Below are positions 9,549 through 20,310 of a stretch of 64,000 nt of DNA, in pieces. This stretch comes from Candidatus Poribacteria bacterium. GTDB taxonomy: Bacteria; Poribacteria; WGA-4E; WGA-3G. Numbering within the stretch: position 1 is the first letter of the stretch; each line of letters starts with the position of its first letter. The stretch is taken from contig OZ243938.1 in NCBI GenBank assembly GCA_965214095.1, positions 2,048,001-2,112,000 on the forward strand, in the 5' to 3' direction. A program made the position numbers and the translations under genes. The notes below the pieces were generated by a model. That model saw only the letters and a list, made by a program, of their open reading frames with translations. It was not told the origin of the DNA and ran no database searches.

Positions 9549-11810
9549 TTACCTATTGAAAAGGAACGAACGCGATGAGATAAGTGCCCAAAGTAGATCC
9601 TCTGTATCTTCACGTCTCGTTTCTTCATTTTCCAGATATGTCGTTGCCGTATCAAGTTCCGATTCAGTCGGCAGACGGCTCAATGTCATTAGATACAGCT
9701 CTGTAGCCAATTCGGCAGGTTGCATCTTTTCCCCGGTCTTCGGTTCAAGAAGCTGTGTGATTGTTCCGTTTCTGCTTTTCAACTTTCCATTCACATAAGG
9801 TGAATTAATAATGTGCAGTGCTTGTGTGAGTGTTGGTTCAAGCAGAGGATCTAAGTTGCCTAAGAACTCCCTATCAGAACGCCCAAAAAGATTAAGAAAA
9901 CGCGAACTCACAGGAAGTGGTACTTCAACAGCACGTGTACCTTGTGGATAACGTCCATATTTCTCATTTGATCCCGTAACGTCGTTTAGCACATCAAGCA
10001 AAATCTGTGCCATCAAGGGGCGTGGCATAAATCGTGAGAAGAATCTATCATCTAACTCATTCGTTTCATTCGGTGCTGCAGAGAGTTGATATGTACGCGA
10101 GTTAAGGATCAATTTGATAATATGTTTGGTATCAAATTCGCTCCGTACAAATTCTTCTGCTAATGCATCTAAAAGACCTTCAACACTCGGTGGAGTCGTA
10201 GCGCGCATATCGTCAACTGGGTCAACAATTCCTCTGCCAAAGTAGTAACTCCACAGACGGTTGACAGTTGCTTTTGCGAAATATGGATTAGAATCAGCAG
10301 TCATCCAGTCAGCGAGGTGTTGTATTGCTTTTTCTCTATACGCTTCTGGGAGCGTCTCTCCGCCAAGGAATGTGGGTTGTGCAACTTGTCCACGATTTCC
10401 TTGAACAGACTGGTTTATGACTCTGCCGGTTGGATTGTTAAAGACTACTTGTTCTTGGTAGAGTTCTCCACCTCGGATGCCAACTTTTCCAGTAAATGCA
10501 GCGAAGTTCCAATAATCGTCAGTTGTCCATTCGTCAAATGGATGTTTATGACAACGTGCACAACTGAGTCGTATACCGAGGAACACCTGAGCAGTCGTTT
10601 CAGCTCTGCCAGAAGGTTGTCGTTCAATACGGTAATAGTTGGTCGGTCCATATTGATATGTACTACCAGTAGCAGTCAAGATTTGATTAACAAACTGGTC
10701 ATAAGGTTTGTTTTCCTTTACAGAATCATGAATAAACTCGTGGAAAAGCGTTGCGCCACGGTCACCGAATTCACCGTTACCTAATTGACGCGGATGAACA
10801 CGTAACATATCCGCCATTTTCAACGTCCGTAAATTACCCCATTCGTTCGTATCCATGAGTGTGTCTATCAGACGTGCACGTTTATCAGGTTTTGAATCAT
10901 CAAGAAATTCCTTAACCTCATCTGATGTAGGTAGTTTCCCGACAGTGTCCAGATAAATTCTGCGTATGAATTCTGAATCGGATGAGAGTTCAGACGGACG
11001 CACATTCAATTTTTTTAGTTTCGTTGTAACAAAATCATCAATAAAATTATTAGTGGAGATATCCGGGTACGGTTGACCATCATCTTCTCGCGGGACTGTA
11101 ATGAAAGATGACGAAACAACACCTAAAAATCTTGCTAAGATAGCAGTTCCACCCCAACGTGTGCTTGTTACCAACCCAGATTCTGTAACAGTAGCAACGG
11201 GTTCATCTTTTGATTCATATACAACTTGGTGTGTAACATCTTTCGTTGACCCGTCAGTGAAATAAGCGAGTACTTTCAGTTGCCTTGTTTCCCCAACGGT
11301 AGAAAACGTAGTTTCATTTGGTTCAATTTCAAGTTTCTCTAAACGTGGTTCGTCAGGTGAGAATGGCGCACCAGCAGATATCCATTGCAAGATAGTTTCT
11401 GCTTCATCAGAATTAGGCTCAAATCTCATTCCACCTTCATGAGGTATCTGTCCTGTCGGTTTGAGAAAAAGAAGGCTTTGCTCAGGTTCAAGTAGATTGA
11501 TACGCCGTCCTCGACTGTGATGTACAATCGGTTCATAATCACTTTCAGGATTGAGAGTGAGTAATGACAGGTTTAAGCCACCTTGTCCACCGAATTTACC
11601 GTGACAAAGACCAGCGGAACATCCCATCTTATCAAGGATAGGTGCAATATCTTTAAGAAAAAGCGGCGTACTTACTTCTGTCTTACCATCAGGTTGTTTT
11701 TCGTTGTCTGTACTTCCCCAACATATTGGAGCAGACAACAGGTATGTCAATGCTGTCATAGCACATACTATGAGGATAGGAACGAATTTGTTCCACCTTA
11801 CACTTTTCAT
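9549..11810 (-). CDS. DUF1549/DUF1553 (planctomycete-type) exported protein with Ig-like domain
   Basis: GCSAGLCHG, NNFID, EFIRRIYLD..GKLPT, CARCHKHPF, NPYFA...VNRLW...FGRGIVDPVDD. Confidence 0.9.
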   Translation of the reverse strand: MKSVRWNKFVPILIVCAMTALTYLLSAPICWGSTDNEKQPDGKTEVSTPLFLKDIAPILDKMGCSAGLCHGKFGGQGGLNLSLLTLNPESDYEPIVHHSRGRRINLLEPEQSLLFLKPTGQIPHEGGMRFEPNSDEAETILQWISAGAPFSPDEPRLEKLEIEPNETTFSTVGETRQLKVLAYFTDGSTKDVTHQVVYESKDEPVATVTESGLVTSTRWGGTAILARFLGVVSSSFITVPREDDGQPYPDISTNNFIDDFVTTKLKKLNVRPSELSSDSEFIRRIYLDTVGKLPTSDEVKEFLDDSKPDKRARLIDTLMDTNEWGNLRTLKMADMLRVHPRQLGNGEFGDRGATLFHEFIHDSVKENKPYDQFVNQILTATGSTYQYGPTNYYRIERQPSGRAETTAQVFLGIRLSCARCHKHPFDEWTTDDYWNFAAFTGKVGIRGGELYQEQVVFNNPTGRVINQSVQGNRGQVAQPTFLGGETLPEAYREKAIQHLADWMTADSNPYFAKATVNRLWSYYFGRGIVDPVDDMRATTPPSVEGLLDALAEEFVRSEFDTKHIIKLILNSRTYQLSAAPNETNELDDRFFSRFMPRPLMAQILLDVLNDVTGSNEKYGRYPQGTRAVEVPLPVSSRFLNLFGRSDREFLGNLDPLLEPTLTQALHIINSPYVNGKLKSRNGTITQLLEPKTGEKMQPAELATELYLMTLSRLPTESELDTATTYLENEETRREDTEDLLWALISSRSFLFNR

Positions 11811-11959
11811 ATTAGCTCCTTTTTATAACAAGGAATACATTGTGTTGTTGTGCTTACCATATTTACGAAGTTATGTAGTTTTTCATCCGTTCAAAGTTAT
11901 TCAAGATACTAACTTGGGGGTCAGTTAAAGTATTTTATGACTATTTGCATTAAAGAAGG

Positions 11960-14443
11960 TTATTCAAATAACTGAGAAAAAACATCATTCATAGTCTCAA
12001 CAAAGTGAAATGCGAGTCCTTCCTTGATGTCCTCTGGGATTTCAACAAAATCCTTTTGATTTGCATGTGGGACAATGATTTTTTTAATTCCGGCTTGTTT
12101 TGCAGCGAGGATTTTCTCCTTGACACCGCCAATGGGCAGAACTCTACCTCTTAAAGTCAACTCACCTGTCATAGCCACTTCTGGGTCAATTCCTCGTTTT
12201 GTAGCGATAGAGGCAAGTGCAGCTGCGATTGTAATTCCCGCAGAAGGTCCGTCCTTCGGAATAGCCCCCGCAGGAACATGTATATGAATGTCGTCTTGTA
12301 GTGCTGTTGTGTCAAATTCTAATGAAGAAGCCTGCGATTTTATATAAGTCAGAGCTGTTTGCGCGGATTCCTGCATCACATCACCTATCTGTCCAGTAAC
12401 ACGAAGATCGGCTTTGCTACCTTGCTTTTGGGTTGCAGTCGCTTCAATAAACAGGATTTCTCCACCAGCAGGTGTGACTGAAAGGCCTGTTGCGACACCG
12501 ACATCTGCTGTTCTCCCAGCAATTTCAGAATCGAATTTTGGTGGACCAAGATAAGTTGGCAGATCATCAAGTTCGATACCGGTTTGCTCGGATTCCCCTT
12601 CAGCAACACGACGGGCAGATTTTCGGCAAAGCGTGCCAAGTTCGCGTTCCAGATTCCGAACACCTGCCTCACGCGTATAGTCTCTGATCACTGTTTCAAC
12701 CACTATATCAGCGATCGTCAATTGTTCATCAGTTATCCCGTTTTCACTAAGTTGGCGTGGAATCAGATACTGCTTTGCTATCTGCATTTTCTCGTTTGAA
12801 GTGTAACCGGGTAACTCAATTGTCTCCATTCTGTCACGGAGCGGAGGTGGTATTGTATGGATTTGGTTCGCTGTTGTGATGAACATGATCTGCGACAGAT
12901 CAAAAGGGACATCCAGATAGTTATCTGTGAAAGAATTGTTCTGCTCCGGATCAAGTACTTCAAGCAATGCAGATGCAGGGTCTCCGCGAAAATCTGAACC
13001 GAGTTTATCAATTTCATCAAGCATAAAGACAGGATTGCTGGATTCTGCTTGACGAAGACCTTTGATGATACGTCCTGGCATTGAACCGATGTATGTGCGC
13101 CGATGTCCACGAATTTCAGCCTCATCGTGCATGCCACCTAAAGAGATACGAACAAATTTTCTACCGATGGCACGTGCAATAGACTTACCGAGTGAAGTTT
13201 TTCCCACACCAGGAGGTCCGACAAAACAGAAAATAGGTCCCTTCATGTCTGCCTTGAGAATTTTGACTGCAAGATGGTCAACAATACGTTCTTTAACTTT
13301 CACCAAGTTGTAGTGATCAGCGTCAAGAATATCCATTGCATCGGATAGGTCAATAGAATCCTCCGTACTCACCGACCACGGTAAATTAAGCAGCCAATCC
13401 AAATAATTTCGCGAAACGGTAGATTCTGGAGAGAAGGACTGCATTTTTGAAAGACGGTTCAGTTCTTTAGTAGCGGCTTTTTCAGCTTTAGGTGGCAATT
13501 TCCCTTCTTTCAATTGCTCCCGCATCTCGGCAATGTCGGCATCTAAATCATCTGCCTCACCGAGTTCTGTCTGAATCGCTTTCAGTTGTTCACGTAAATA
13601 GTATTCACGTTGACCTTTGTTGATCACCGCTTGCGCATCTGATTGAATTTTACTCTCCAGTTCATGAAGGTCTACCTCTTTCGCAAGAATAACAGCAAGT
13701 TTGTTCAACCTTTCAGGAATAGGAATTGTTTCAAGAACTTGTTGTTTCTCTTGCGGTTTTAGGTCTAAGACCGAGGTGATATAATCAGCCAAACGTCCAG
13801 GTGCCTCAATTCCTCTCGTAATCATGCCGTATTCATCTTGGTAACGTGAAGAAAGTTCAATAATCCTTTGGAACATTTCATCTACGCTGCGAACAAGTGC
13901 TTCTAATTCCAAATCTTGCCCGTCTTCATCTTCAGTCTCCTTATCCTTATCAAAATCTTCGTCATCAATATCTTCCTCATCTTGTAATAGACGAACCCGT
14001 GCTTTAATAAATGGCTCTGTTTGAAGGATCTCCTCAATCTGAACACGGGAACGGCCTTTTGCAAGAAACAACACATCCTCATCATCTTTTTTCACGCGCG
14101 GTATCTCTATTAGACTGCCGATAGTGCGTAATTCATCTATCTGCATGTCCTTCACTTCTTCTGGGTTAGTGTCAAGACTACGGCCCGAAGTAGTTTGGAA
14201 GATGCAGAGCACACGTTCTCCATTCAAGACCACCCCATTGTCAACAGCATCCATAACCATCTTACCTGTTAGTGCGACGTGATGTGGTGGAAACGGAGGG
14301 GATGGTGGCATATAAGGAAAAATAACAAGATCGTCTACTGGAAGTATAGGGACTTCTACCGTTTTTATTTCCTCTTCTTCTTCAATGTTCTCGTGCTCTT
14401 CACTGGTTTCCAGCTCTGCGGTGTTTTCGTGTTCATTTTCCAT
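11960..14443 (-). CDS. lon: ATP-dependent protease La
   Basis: GPPGVGKT, GHRRTYIG, DEIDK, PKDGPSAG, GGVKEK. Confidence 0.97.
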   Translation of the reverse strand: MENEHENTAELETSEEHENIEEEEEIKTVEVPILPVDDLVIFPYMPPSPPFPPHHVALTGKMVMDAVDNGVVLNGERVLCIFQTTSGRSLDTNPEEVKDMQIDELRTIGSLIEIPRVKKDDEDVLFLAKGRSRVQIEEILQTEPFIKARVRLLQDEEDIDDEDFDKDKETEDEDGQDLELEALVRSVDEMFQRIIELSSRYQDEYGMITRGIEAPGRLADYITSVLDLKPQEKQQVLETIPIPERLNKLAVILAKEVDLHELESKIQSDAQAVINKGQREYYLREQLKAIQTELGEADDLDADIAEMREQLKEGKLPPKAEKAATKELNRLSKMQSFSPESTVSRNYLDWLLNLPWSVSTEDSIDLSDAMDILDADHYNLVKVKERIVDHLAVKILKADMKGPIFCFVGPPGVGKTSLGKSIARAIGRKFVRISLGGMHDEAEIRGHRRTYIGSMPGRIIKGLRQAESSNPVFMLDEIDKLGSDFRGDPASALLEVLDPEQNNSFTDNYLDVPFDLSQIMFITTANQIHTIPPPLRDRMETIELPGYTSNEKMQIAKQYLIPRQLSENGITDEQLTIADIVVETVIRDYTREAGVRNLERELGTLCRKSARRVAEGESEQTGIELDDLPTYLGPPKFDSEIAGRTADVGVATGLSVTPAGGEILFIEATATQKQGSKADLRVTGQIGDVMQESAQTALTYIKSQASSLEFDTTALQDDIHIHVPAGAIPKDGPSAGITIAAALASIATKRGIDPEVAMTGELTLRGRVLPIGGVKEKILAAKQAGIKKIIVPHANQKDFVEIPEDIKEGLAFHFVETMNDVFSQLFE

Positions 14444-14694
14444 CGTTATTTATTCTCCTTTGTTTAATCCACTCCTGTGCTTTGTATCGTTATTATAGAT
14501 AGTAATATTTTACCAGTTCTCAAGATAAAATCTCTTACAGATATATACTGTTCGTAGTCTCGCAATTCATTGTGCCTCTTAAGAATTGGTATCATGTATA
14601 TAGCATGTCCCAAAATAAGATGTATAGCAGTTTCCTATTTTCTGCCTGATATAACAGTGTATTTCTCATTTGATGACTTGCTATTTGAACAAAT

Positions 14695-15783
14695 CTACTG
14701 GGAAATATTGGCACTGTTTATCCAACCGCGTTCGCCTTCAATAACCACCTCGGTTTTTAAGGTGGCGCATCGTTTCTGATAGTCTTTCAGTGTATCTAAC
14801 GCCGTGTCTTCTAATTTCCGTTTTTCCGTGTCTTTTGTGGGTTCATACTCTTTCATAACAATCGGTTTCGGAAATGATGCCCTCGGATTGTCTACCAAAG
14901 TAGGGATTAGTTCAATAGATTTGAACGTGTCCTCTACAAAAGTAACTTTCGGAATAATTGTGCGCGCATACTGTAATGAATAGGTGTCGTAGATAAAATC
15001 TGCAAGACCATAGATTATCGGTTTTCCGTTATAGAGTTCAATACCTCCATAAGTATGTAGTTGTTGGCATAGGACTAAATCAGCTCCTACATCAATAAGT
15101 GCTTGTGCGAAAATGCGTTGGCGACCTATACTCGATTGTTGTGTATCTGTATTCGCTTCACTTTTTCCCCAGTGAAGCCACACAATAACAAGGTCAGCAG
15201 TATCGTCTACCTCACGCACAGTCCGTGTCATTTGGCTATAGGCAGCAGCAGCAACGACGTTCAGCGATGCCATATTGAATTCATTTCCGCGTAAAAATGC
15301 AAGTACTGCTATTTTCTTAGAATTAACCTCTAACCACGCTGGAGCATTTGCTGCACTTGGTGTAATACCTGCACCTATAGGTTTGACGTTATACCACTCC
15401 AAATGGGTTACTGTATCTTCAAGTGCCTGAACCCCAAAATCCATGATATGGGGTGTTGCTATAGTAACTACATCAAACCCAGCATTTGCGATTCCTCTTG
15501 CCAGATCAGGCGCAGCACGGAAACGCAGCTCGCGCTTATCATCTGGTTCACCTCTATCAGAAATGCTCGTGTTGAGGGATGCTGTGGCGACATCTGCGGA
15601 CTGAATGATAGCCGTTGTCCCTTCAAAAAAGACACCTGCACCATGCTTTTCAATAGTTGGTGTTAAATTACTACCAATTGTGATATCCCCCACGGCAACG
15701 ACAGTTATTTCTTCTGCATCTAATATGGAACTACTTTGTATCAATAGAAAGCAAAAAATGAGGACAGAAATGATTGTTTTCAT
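14695..15783 (-). CDS. CapA/PGA_cap-family exported protein (degenerate metallophosphoesterase motifs)
   Basis: Signal peptide, VGD, GFDVV, H..DFG, LHWG, GADLV, YGL.DFI. Confidence 0.8.
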   Translation of the reverse strand: MKTIISVLIFCFLLIQSSSILDAEEITVVAVGDITIGSNLTPTIEKHGAGVFFEGTTAIIQSADVATASLNTSISDRGEPDDKRELRFRAAPDLARGIANAGFDVVTIATPHIMDFGVQALEDTVTHLEWYNVKPIGAGITPSAANAPAWLEVNSKKIAVLAFLRGNEFNMASLNVVAAAAYSQMTRTVREVDDTADLVIVWLHWGKSEANTDTQQSSIGRQRIFAQALIDVGADLVLCQQLHTYGGIELYNGKPIIYGLADFIYDTYSLQYARTIIPKVTFVEDTFKSIELIPTLVDNPRASFPKPIVMKEYEPTKDTEKRKLEDTALDTLKDYQKRCATLKTEVVIEGERGWINSANISQ

Positions 15784-16250
15784 TGTTCGTTCTTCAGTTG
15801 TGTGCCGATTGCAATTAAAGCATCAGCTAATGTTTGGCGATTAGAGTACAAATTATTTTGAAGTGTTTGTGTTTCTGATTGCAGTCCACCAATTTGTTCT
15901 TGAAAGTCGGTTGCAAATTCATTGATGAGTGTTGATAACTTCTCAATATCGTTCTCAACACGACTGATGAGTTCATCAATACGATTATCAACTCGTTGTA
16001 CTATGTTGTCTGGTATATTGCTGTATTGTTCTTTAACGTCTGCAATTTCCTTTAATAACCTTGATTCAACATCAGAGATACTTTGTTCTGTATTTTCTAT
16101 TTCTTGTCTCAATTTGTCAAACTTTTCATCGTAATTGCGAAGGTCATCTCCAAAAATACTGTCTCTAAGATAGGATTCTAAGTTCTGCGTTTTAGATTGT
16201 TGTATTTCCTGTGTATCATCCATTACAAGTGGTTGCTGCTGTTCTTTCAT
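15780..16250 (-). CDS. Coiled-coil hypothetical protein
   Basis: Heptad-rich ORF, LRDSIFG motif, GAGGA RBS, 4-bp overlap with the capA-like gene. Confidence 0.7.
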   Translation of the reverse strand: MKEQQQPLVMDDTQEIQQSKTQNLESYLRDSIFGDDLRNYDEKFDKLRQEIENTEQSISDVESRLLKEIADVKEQYSNIPDNIVQRVDNRIDELISRVENDIEKLSTLINEFATDFQEQIGGLQSETQTLQNNLYSNRQTLADALIAIGTQLKNEQ

Positions 16251-16334
16251 AAAACATCTCCTCTGCAAATCTTAGCATGTATAGTTATTCATCCTATCAA
16301 ATTTAACGCGAAATAGATCTACTATCATAAAATA

Positions 16335-17402
16335 TCATGGATAATTGTATAGGTTCTCTGGTGTTCCATCCTCTATCTCTACATCTAATTGCTGAACTAA
16401 TGTGTCCTCTGTTGGTTCATCCTGACTTGCATTGAATTCACGAAGGATACAGTTGACGATCTCTTCGCTATATGCCTCAGCAGAAACTTGCCGTTGATTT
16501 GCTTCCCAAGCCATTCGTGCTACTGCTTCAAAATACTCAGCGTGTTTATATGCATCTAAAAGGTCTTTTCCGCGTGAGAACGTGCCATGGCCTATCCAGT
16601 AGAGGATGTGGCGCATCGGATCCGCGCCATTTTCAAAAAGTCGTAGACTTTCATAAGACAATTCTGGTATGCCAGGAACCCGTTCTTGAACGAAACCAAT
16701 TCCACCTGATGCGTCATAAATAATCGGTGTTTCAGGTTCATATCCTTTCAAGAAACTATAAAAGCGATCCGGGTGTCCGTATTCTGTACGAGAAATCAAA
16801 TTCAAAAATTTCGGCTGCAAATGAACTAATGCGTGAAATCCCTGTTTTTCTAACTGCTCAAAAATGAGTAGATAATGGAACATCTCACTGGTAGGTACAC
16901 ATCGGTTTTCCGATTTCTCTACTTCTGTTGCGTTATCTATTTCTGTTTGTGTTTGTGTGCCGTAACGCATCCGATAATGTGTTCCATCCGATTCCACTTC
17001 AATGACGGTGGCATTCAGTGCAGGATGCTCTATACCTACCATATCTAAACGAGAACCCGATTTTGTCAATAACACATGTCTACCTGCCAACCCTTTAACG
17101 ACAATGGCTGCAGGTAAGGCATATCGTGGTGAATCATCGTAGTCAATTAGGCATTTCGCATCTACTGATTCTGCCAATAACACCCCCATATTGCCTGCTG
17201 AAGCCCATAGATAATCGTGTGCGTGTGCATGTGCACCCACCCAACCCATTTGACCGATACATGTGCCTACTTCACTGTCCGGAGAAATAGGATGTAGACC
17301 TTGCTGATACCCTCTGGCACACCACTGTTGGTGTCGGTAACTATGTGCGGGTGGTGGTGTTTGCTGTCGCGTTAGGTAAGGATTGACTAATGAAAATTCC
17401 AC
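16335..17402 (-). CDS. Class II aldolase-family protein, RhaD-like
   Basis: PTSE, VH.QP, VPG..EL, W.GHG motifs. Confidence 0.7.
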   Translation of the reverse strand: MEFSLVNPYLTRQQTPPPAHSYRHQQWCARGYQQGLHPISPDSEVGTCIGQMGWVGAHAHAHDYLWASAGNMGVLLAESVDAKCLIDYDDSPRYALPAAIVVKGLAGRHVLLTKSGSRLDMVGIEHPALNATVIEVESDGTHYRMRYGTQTQTEIDNATEVEKSENRCVPTSEMFHYLLIFEQLEKQGFHALVHLQPKFLNLISRTEYGHPDRFYSFLKGYEPETPIIYDASGGIGFVQERVPGIPELSYESLRLFENGADPMRHILYWIGHGTFSRGKDLLDAYKHAEYFEAVARMAWEANQRQVSAEAYSEEIVNCILREFNASQDEPTEDTLVQQLDVEIEDGTPENLYNYP

Positions 17403-17531
17403 GTTTGCCTTTTATTTTATATTATTTCAAAATCTATGTTGTTTTAATATAACATGTTTTAAAGGCATTAGCAAGTAAAAACGTAGGAGTAGTTAGGAGA
17501 ATTGTAACCCCGATTGTCTGAATCAGGATTC

Positions 17532-17702
17532 TTGTTTCAGAATCGCGTATTTTCATGAATTTCTCGGATTGCACGGATAAGACTCCCATCCAGCATAGCA
17601 TATCAAAGACAGATGGTCATTGTGCAAAGCCTTCTTCTCCGCATCATCTGGACCATCCGCGCAAATCCGAGATTCAGCACACATGCCGCGATTCAGAAAC
17701 AA
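17532..17702. repeat. Long imperfect inverted repeat element
   Basis: TTGTTTCAGAATCGCG..CTCGGATTGCACGGAT / ATCCGCGCAAATCCGAG..CGCGATTCAGAAACAA; related to 43310-43472. Confidence 0.7.
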
Positions 17703-18012
17703 AAACCCACACCTATAGAATCCCAATGGGTGTGTAAAGTTCTTGGCAAAACAGCAATTATTCAACGATTGAATACCTCTACGTATGTCATGAATGTTTG
17801 CATTAATTGCATTAATTTCTATTATAATTTGGATTTATTTATGAAAAAACCTTCGCGAAAAAATAGAGTTAGATTCAGTCATAATAAGAGATTATCAATG
17901 AGCTGGGTGTATTTCTGAGACTGAAAGAATGTGGGGCACGGAGACTCCGCAAGACAATGGTTGGTGAGAACTTAGTGCCAAAAACTTTACACACCCATCC
18001 CAATAGATTTGC

Positions 18013-18041
18013 TTGACTTTTCTACATAGAATTTGTATAAT
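18013..18041 (+). promoter_or_regulatory. sigma70-like promoter of the AAA-like gene
   Basis: TTGACT-17-TATAAT. Confidence 0.65.
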
Positions 18042-18676
18042 GACACAGCATTTACATAATAACTTTGGAGCAAAACATGAGATGTTTTGGCACATTCGGT
18101 GATGCCATTCGTGGATTTCTACATACACTACGACAAATATATCTTTCAAATGCAAGCCTTAAGTGTCCATATAGTATCGGTATTGTTGGTGTAAAAAACA
18201 TCTCTCAACTTAACTATGATCGTTCCATTTCACCCTTTAACATTCAAGATGAGTTTCGGTTATCTAACTTTACACCCGCTCAAGTAGAAGAACTCTATTC
18301 ACAATACACAGAAGAAACTGGACAATCTTTGATCCCTGAGGTTATTGAAGCAGTCCACACTCAGACTGCAGGACAGCCGTTTCTTGTCAACAGATTCGGA
18401 CAAATTCTCACAGAAGAACTAAAAATACCGACATCTGAGACGATTCAGATGCATCACTTCAATAAGGCATACAAGAAAATTCTCAAAGAACGGAACACGA
18501 ATATCTCACACCTCATAACCAGCATACGCAGAGACCCACGTTTTGAGAAACTACTCATGCGTATCACATTCTATAAAAAACATATCAAGCAGTTAAACAG
18601 CAACTCGCTGCCTATTTAACACTCTTCCCGTCAAATCCCCATGCTTTAGCTTGCGGGATGTAGACGGGCAAAAAGG

Positions 18677-18705
18677 TTGACTTTGAGAAAGGAACACACT
18701 AGAAT
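18677..18705 (+). promoter_or_regulatory. sigma70-like tnpB promoter
   Basis: TTGACT-17-TAGAAT. Confidence 0.6.
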
Positions 18706-18791
18706 ACGAATACCTTTTGAGTGGTGGATGTTGTTAGCATCTGCCACATTACTAACGATGGGTAAAGGGTTCTTTACCGAGAAGGCATACC

Positions 18792-19904
18792 ATGAGAAAA
18801 ACCTATAAATACAAGGGACAAAATCAAAAGAACACAATCAAGTTAGGCAATATGCTTGACGATATGCACCAGATTCATGTGCATATTATGCGATTGCAGT
18901 GCAGATATTACCGTATGTATGGCAAAAACATATCCGCCTATAGAATGAATGCACATGTTGCCAAACTAAAAAAGCGGACAAAGTCTCATTGGACAGACTT
19001 GCCGAGTCAAGTTGTGCAAGATGTTGTGCTGCGTATGGGCAAAGCTTATGATGCATTTTTCAGAAATATGAAAGATCGCAAGGCTGGCAAAACAACGTGC
19101 AAAGTCGGTAGACCGCACATCAAACCGCAACACAAATACAACTCTATGACATTTACACAGGCAGGCTATAAACTTGAAGGGAACCGTATCAAGATCAACT
19201 GTATAGATACGTGGTTCTCCTTTCACAAACATCGTGAAATAACAGGTGACATCAAAACAATAACCCTCAAGCGTGACAGGTGTGGCGATTATTGGATATG
19301 CTTTTCTTGTGATAACGTTGACGCACCGAAATCTTTTGCCAAGACAGGTGAAAGTGCTGGCTTTGATTTCGGATTGACAACCTTTCTCACAACTTCTAAT
19401 GGTAATAAGATTGTGTCTCCGCAGTTTTTGAAAAAGTCCTTGAACAAGTTGAGAACACTGAATAAAAGCGTGAGTCGTAAAGTCGAGGGATCAGGCAATT
19501 GGTATCGTGCTATCCGTGCGTTGTTGCGGCAGTATAGGAAGATAGCACGACAACGTCTTGACTGGCAGTGGAAACTTGCTACAGACCTTTGCCGGCATTT
19601 TGATACCTTGTGCTTTGAAACACTAAATATAGACGGCATGAAACGCCTCTGGGGACGCAAAATCAGTGATCTCGCTTGCTACCAGTTCATTCAAGTGTTG
19701 GCATTCAAGTGTGCTAAACACGATAAAACTTTCCTCAAAATCGGACAATGGACAGCTACAACAAAACCTTGTAGCAACTGCGGACACACAAACGATAAAC
19801 TAACACTTTCAGATAGACACTGGATATGTCCTTCGTGCAATACTGAACACGATAGAGACATCAATGCAGCTATCAATATCAAACAGGCAGGCTTAGCTGC
19901 CTAA
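18792..19904 (+). CDS. tnpB: RNA-guided endonuclease TnpB
   Basis: RuvC GFDFG / FETL / DRDINAA, zinc finger CSNC..CPSC. Confidence 0.95.
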   Translation: MRKTYKYKGQNQKNTIKLGNMLDDMHQIHVHIMRLQCRYYRMYGKNISAYRMNAHVAKLKKRTKSHWTDLPSQVVQDVVLRMGKAYDAFFRNMKDRKAGKTTCKVGRPHIKPQHKYNSMTFTQAGYKLEGNRIKINCIDTWFSFHKHREITGDIKTITLKRDRCGDYWICFSCDNVDAPKSFAKTGESAGFDFGLTTFLTTSNGNKIVSPQFLKKSLNKLRTLNKSVSRKVEGSGNWYRAIRALLRQYRKIARQRLDWQWKLATDLCRHFDTLCFETLNIDGMKRLWGRKISDLACYQFIQVLAFKCAKHDKTFLKIGQWTATTKPCSNCGHTNDKLTLSDRHWICPSCNTEHDRDINAAINIKQAGLAA

Positions 19905-20017
19905 AGTGGAGATGACGTGAGATGGGTGATCCTTTTGGAGAAACGCTGTTGTCAAGGAAGCACAAGCCCCAACCTTTAGGTTGTGGGTCACTATGACAAC
20001 TGGAAAATGCAAGAGAG
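19800..20017 (+). ncRNA. Predicted TnpB omegaRNA/reRNA (5' end approximate) with guide from 19998
   Basis: Established TnpB architecture: scaffold spans the tnpB 3' end to the right end, guide is the flank. Confidence 0.55.
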
Positions 20018-20042
20018 GGATTTTACGTCGTGTTTGATTATC

Positions 20043-20276
20043 TTCAGGTACCCAAGCCTAAAAGCATGGGATTGTGTTAATCTTCTGCCAGGCTTGATGT
20101 TCTTCGGTCTTGGCTCGTAACTTTACCTGTATGCCACCGAGGGGTCCCAGCGACCCACGATACAGAACCTCAGACACTTCCGACTTCGGAAGTTGTTCGA
20201 GCGAACTATCGTCTTCGAGTTACTTGGACACGGATATAATCAACGTGCCCGATGCAAGACACTTCCGACTTGCTTG
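20043..20276 (-). ncRNA. Putative ~230-nt structured RNA
   Basis: Downstream of an internal promoter; consecutive hairpins; a G-U pair possible only on the minus strand; duplicated 15-mer. Confidence 0.55.
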
Positions 20277-20281
20277 GACAT

Positions 20282-20310
20282 ATAATAACAGACTTGACGT
20301 TTTCTGTCAA
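20282..20310 (-). promoter_or_regulatory. sigma70-like promoter inside the 332-bp element
   Basis: TTGACA-17-TATTAT on minus strand. Confidence 0.7.

Larger units (their letters stand above)
18620..19997 (+). mobile_element. IS1341-like (TnpB-only) IS200/IS605 element
   Basis: Follows TTTAA, ends TGAC, no TSD; subterminal hairpins 18627-18668 and 19967-19987; excision restores the host frame. Confidence 0.9.
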
